A program made the translations under genes and the position numbers. Positions 60,875 through 64,000 of a DNA stretch of 64,000 nucleotides are shown piece by piece; within the stretch, counting starts at the first letter, position 1, and every line of letters begins with the position of its first letter. Source of the stretch: Bacillales bacterium (GTDB lineage Bacteria; Bacillota; Bacilli; JARBTR01); assembly GCA_029240105.1 (NCBI GenBank), contig JARBTR010000002.1:268394-332393 (forward strand), written 5' to 3'. The notes beneath the pieces were generated by a model. The model was not told the DNA's origin, made no database searches, and saw nothing but the letters and a program-made list of their open reading frames with translations.

Positions 60875-61741
60875 TTATAAAAGTTTAATTAAAGTTTCCA
60901 TTTCGGTTTCATTTAATGTCACAAGCGGTAACCGAACACTACCTACGTTAATCCCCTTATAGTTTAAAGCAGCTTTTACAGGTGCTGGACTTGGAACTGC
61001 AAACATACCTTTCATAATTGGAAGAAGTTTTTGATGAAGGATAGCTGCTTGATCAACTTTGTTATCAAAATAACATGCAATCATGTCTTGCATTTCCTTC
61101 CCAATTATGTGAGATGAAACTGAGACAACTCCATTTGCACCTATCGCTAATGATGGTAATGTCAAGCAATCATCGCCACAATATAGTTCAAAATCATCAG
61201 AAGTACCAGCGATAATTTCCGTCATGGCCGACAAATCGCCACTTGCTTCCTTTACAGCAACGATGTTTGGTATTTTAGAAAGACGAATCACAGTTGCTGG
61301 TGCAAGATTAGTAACAGTTCTGCCTGGTACATTGTAAAGCATGACTGGAATGCTAACAGATTCAGCTATTGCCTTAAAGTGTTGATAAAGTCCCTCTTGA
61401 CTCGGTTTGTTATAGTAAGGGGTAACAAGTAAAAGTGCATCGACTCCTAATTGTTCTGCTTTCTTGGATATTTCTATGGTTTCCGCAGTATTATAGCTAC
61501 CAGTACCAGCAACAACTGGAACGCGTTTGTTAACGACTTTTACAACATGTGCGAAAAGATCAAATCGTTCTTCTCTTGATAATGTAGGCGATTCTCCTGT
61601 TGTTCCTGACACGACTAATGTATTTGTTCCATTTGCAAGTAGATGTTCTACTAGAGCTGTTGCTTTGTCAAAATCAACTTTTCCTTCTTCATTGAAAGGT
61701 GTTACCATTGCTGTTGAAATTCTTCCAAACCGTGACATCAT
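60875..61741 (-). CDS. dapA: 4-hydroxy-tetrahydrodipicolinate synthase
   Basis: 288 aa with Schiff-base Lys context and GTTGE motif. Confidence 0.9.
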   Translation of the reverse strand: MMSRFGRISTAMVTPFNEEGKVDFDKATALVEHLLANGTNTLVVSGTTGESPTLSREERFDLFAHVVKVVNKRVPVVAGTGSYNTAETIEISKKAEQLGVDALLLVTPYYNKPSQEGLYQHFKAIAESVSIPVMLYNVPGRTVTNLAPATVIRLSKIPNIVAVKEASGDLSAMTEIIAGTSDDFELYCGDDCLTLPSLAIGANGVVSVSSHIIGKEMQDMIACYFDNKVDQAAILHQKLLPIMKGMFAVPSPAPVKAALNYKGINVGSVRLPLVTLNETEMETLIKLL

Positions 61742-62967
61742 TCAGTCAACTCCTCTTCTAAATGTAGGTTGAAAACATCATGCAAAATATTTACCGCATC
61801 AACCATATCCTTTTCCTTCACTAAAATCCAGATGGTTGTGTGACTATCCGCTGATTGAAGAATTTGAATATTTTTTTCAGATAGTGGCGTTACAATTCTA
61901 GCAGTAACACCCGGTACACCAGATATTCCTGCCCCAACTACGGATACCTTAGCACAATTACGTTCTATTTGCGGTTCATATCCCAAATCACGTAATAAAG
62001 CTTCTGCTCGATCTACAACTTGATTTGATACGGTGTAATGCACTCCATTAGGAAATATATTAATAAAATCCACATTTATTTCTGCTTTGGCCATCGAATT
62101 GAATACTTCAGATTGAAGATTAAACTGTCCATCCACACCATGAATTTTAATTTGTGAAATATTTGATAAATGAGCAATACTTGTAACTAGTCTGTCTTTT
62201 AATTCAAGTCCTTTTAATTTCTCTTTTGTAGTCACTAAGGTACCCTCTGTTTCCAAGTAAGTTGAGCGAATTCTAATCGGTATATTGGCTTGCATAGCTA
62301 TCTCTACTGCTCTTGGATGAAGAACCTTAGCACCCTGATGTGCAAGATTACATACTTCCGTATAAGATATTGTAGAAAGAGGACGAGCTAATGGTGATAT
62401 TCTTGGATCAGCTGTCATAATTCCATCTACATCTGTAAAAATATCAATAAAGTCAGCCTGAAGTGCAACCCCTAGAGCAGAAGCAGACGTATCACTGCCT
62501 CCTCTTCCAATAGTTGTCACATCCCCAATTCCATTTATTCCTTGGAAACCCGTTACAACAACTACATCAACAGAATTTAATTCTTCAAGCAATCTTTCCA
62601 TTTTCATATCAATAATTTTGGCGTTTCTAAAATCTGAAGTTGTTCTAAATCCTGCTTGTCCTCCATTCATGGCAGAAGCAGAAACTCCGTTTTCTAGTAA
62701 AGCATTAGTAAATACAACTGCAGAAATGGTTTCACCACATGACATGAGCATATCTTGCTCACGGTTTGATACTTTTGTATCTCCGCTTCCGATTAAAGAA
62801 AGGAGTGTATCAGTTGAATAATGGTCCCCTTTACGGCCCATTGCAGAAACAACAACTACTACTTTATACCCATTGCTAATTTCTCTTCTTATATGTTTGA
62901 TAGCAAGCATTCTGCCTTCTTCATCACGTACAGATGTACCACCAAATTTTTGAATAATAATTTTCAC
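61738..62967 (-). CDS. dapG: Aspartokinase I (DAP-pathway, DapG-type) with C-terminal ACT domains
   Basis: 409 aa, MKIIIQKFGGTSV... Its stop overlaps the dapA start. Confidence 0.85.
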   Translation of the reverse strand: MKIIIQKFGGTSVRDEEGRMLAIKHIRREISNGYKVVVVVSAMGRKGDHYSTDTLLSLIGSGDTKVSNREQDMLMSCGETISAVVFTNALLENGVSASAMNGGQAGFRTTSDFRNAKIIDMKMERLLEELNSVDVVVVTGFQGINGIGDVTTIGRGGSDTSASALGVALQADFIDIFTDVDGIMTADPRISPLARPLSTISYTEVCNLAHQGAKVLHPRAVEIAMQANIPIRIRSTYLETEGTLVTTKEKLKGLELKDRLVTSIAHLSNISQIKIHGVDGQFNLQSEVFNSMAKAEINVDFINIFPNGVHYTVSNQVVDRAEALLRDLGYEPQIERNCAKVSVVGAGISGVPGVTARIVTPLSEKNIQILQSADSHTTIWILVKEKDMVDAVNILHDVFNLHLEEELTE

Positions 62968-63062
62968 AGAACACCTCTATAATTCATGAAAAACTTTAAA
63001 CTACATTCTAATTTCATGAATTAAATTCATATATTAAAATGGTTTAGTTGTTCATCTATTTT

Positions 63063-64000
63063 TTATTTAACAATTCCTTTTTTAACTAGACTTTGTGCAA
63101 TTTGTACTGAGTTCCAAGCTGCACCTTTTAATAAATTATCTGAAACAACCCATAAGTGGAAACCTCTAGGATTGTCCAAGTCTTTACGTACACGACCAAC
63201 AAATACGTCATTACAACCTACTGCATCAACAGGCATAGGATAAGCGTGGTTTTCTGGCTCGTCAACAAGCACAACTCCTGGTGCATCTTTTAGAAGTTGG
63301 TGAATTTCGCTAACAGTAGCGCCTAATTTCTCAACTTCAATATAAACTGATTCTGAATGTCCTGTTGCTATAGGCAATCTAACGCAAGTTGCAGCAACAT
63401 GTAAATCAGGCATTTCCATAATCTTTTTGGTTTCATTAATCATTTTTAATTCTTCCAAGGTATATCCGTTTTCATGAAAAACATCAATTTGCGGAATACA
63501 GTTAAAAGCAATTTGATGATGTTTTAAACCTTTTTTTACTGGTAAAACTCCCGGTTTGACTGATTCTCCAGCTAAAATTGACTTAGTTTGTCGATCTAGT
63601 TCATCTATAGCTGCAACACCAGCTCCAGAAACTGCTTGATAAGTTGAAACAACCACTTTCTTTAATCCATAAGTTTTTCTAATTGGTTCAAGTGCAGCAA
63701 CCATTTGAATCGTTGAACAATTTGGATTCGCTATGATTCCATTATGTTTAAACAGAGCATCTTCATTTACTTCTGGTACTACTAATGGCACATTCGAATC
63801 CATTCGATATGCACTTGTATTATCAACACAAATAGCGCCAGCTTTAACAGCATGAGGAATGAGCCATTTCGATACATCTCCACCTGCACTGAATAGTGCT
63901 ATATCAATTCCTTCAAAACTATTCTCTGTAGCTTCTTCAACAGTTACTGTCTTCCCCTGAAAAAGTATTTTTTTGCCTTCTGATCTCTTTGATGAAAGCA
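63063..64000 (-). CDS. asd: Aspartate-semialdehyde dehydrogenase (5' end beyond the window)
   Basis: Reading frame is open to the window edge (...KILFQGKTVTVEEATENSFEGIDIALFSAGG...AYRMDSNVPLVVPEVN...). The ORF-track start at 63803 is an internal Met. Confidence 0.85.
   Translation of the reverse strand, partial: LSSKRSEGKKILFQGKTVTVEEATENSFEGIDIALFSAGGDVSKWLIPHAVKAGAICVDNTSAYRMDSNVPLVVPEVNEDALFKHNGIIANPNCSTIQMVAALEPIRKTYGLKKVVVSTYQAVSGAGVAAIDELDRQTKSILAGESVKPGVLPVKKGLKHHQIAFNCIPQIDVFHENGYTLEELKMINETKKIMEMPDLHVAATCVRLPIATGHSESVYIEVEKLGATVSEIHQLLKDAPGVVLVDEPENHAYPMPVDAVGCNDVFVGRVRKDLDNPRGFHLWVVSDNLLKGAAWNSVQIAQSLVKKGIVK

Noticed and set aside
1-64000. Prophage, IS element, integrase, CRISPR-Cas, restriction-modification or toxin-antitoxin modules
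   Set aside because: No transposase, integrase, Cas or methylase/endonuclease-like ORFs and no terminal inverted repeats were recognised anywhere in the window. The accessory content here is metabolic (hydrogenase, korAB) rather than mobile or defensive.

Overview
This 64 kb window is a low-GC Firmicutes (Bacillaceae-like, spore-forming) chromosomal segment. Almost every gene is on the minus strand, and gene order matches Bacillus subtilis around asd-dapG-dapA-rnjB-spoIIIE, ymfK-rodZ-pgsA-cinA-recA-rny-ymdB-spoVS and tdh-kbl-miaB-ymcA. In B. subtilis spoVS is directly followed by tdh, but here about 33 kb of other DNA sits between them. That block contains an orphan sensor kinase, a YozE-like gene, a FAD-dependent protein, a YjcZ-type small sporulation gene, a second RsgA-like GTPase and degV. 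It also holds a complete membrane-bound [NiFe] uptake hydrogenase operon of 11 co-oriented genes (hyaA-hyaB-cytb-hyaD-unknown-hypABFCDE) next to a dedicated tatA-tatC pair. Further along are plsC/dfrA, gpx, ypeP-like RNase H, ypsC-rnpB-gpsB-cotD-yppG-recU-ponA, a 2-oxoacid:ferredoxin oxidoreductase (korAB) and an M19 dipeptidase.

Four things deserve a second look:
- The RNase P RNA gene is only about 265 nt and appears to lack the whole specificity domain (P7-P12). The catalytic-domain elements (P1-P5.1, P4 strands, P15-P19) are clearly present.
- A nucleoside-type ABC permease gene (nupQ/yufQ-like) is broken by an out-of-frame internal deletion.
- Two perfect 16-bp palindromes (GAAACGTATACGTTTC), with a related third dyad, form an operator-like array between dapA and rnjB.
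- Four tandem copies of an 11-bp unit lie just downstream of spoIIIE, flanked by 7-bp direct repeats.

No CRISPR array, transposase, prophage or restriction-modification genes were recognised. All functional calls come from motif and family recollection without database searches. Coordinates for start codons were checked by hand where stated.
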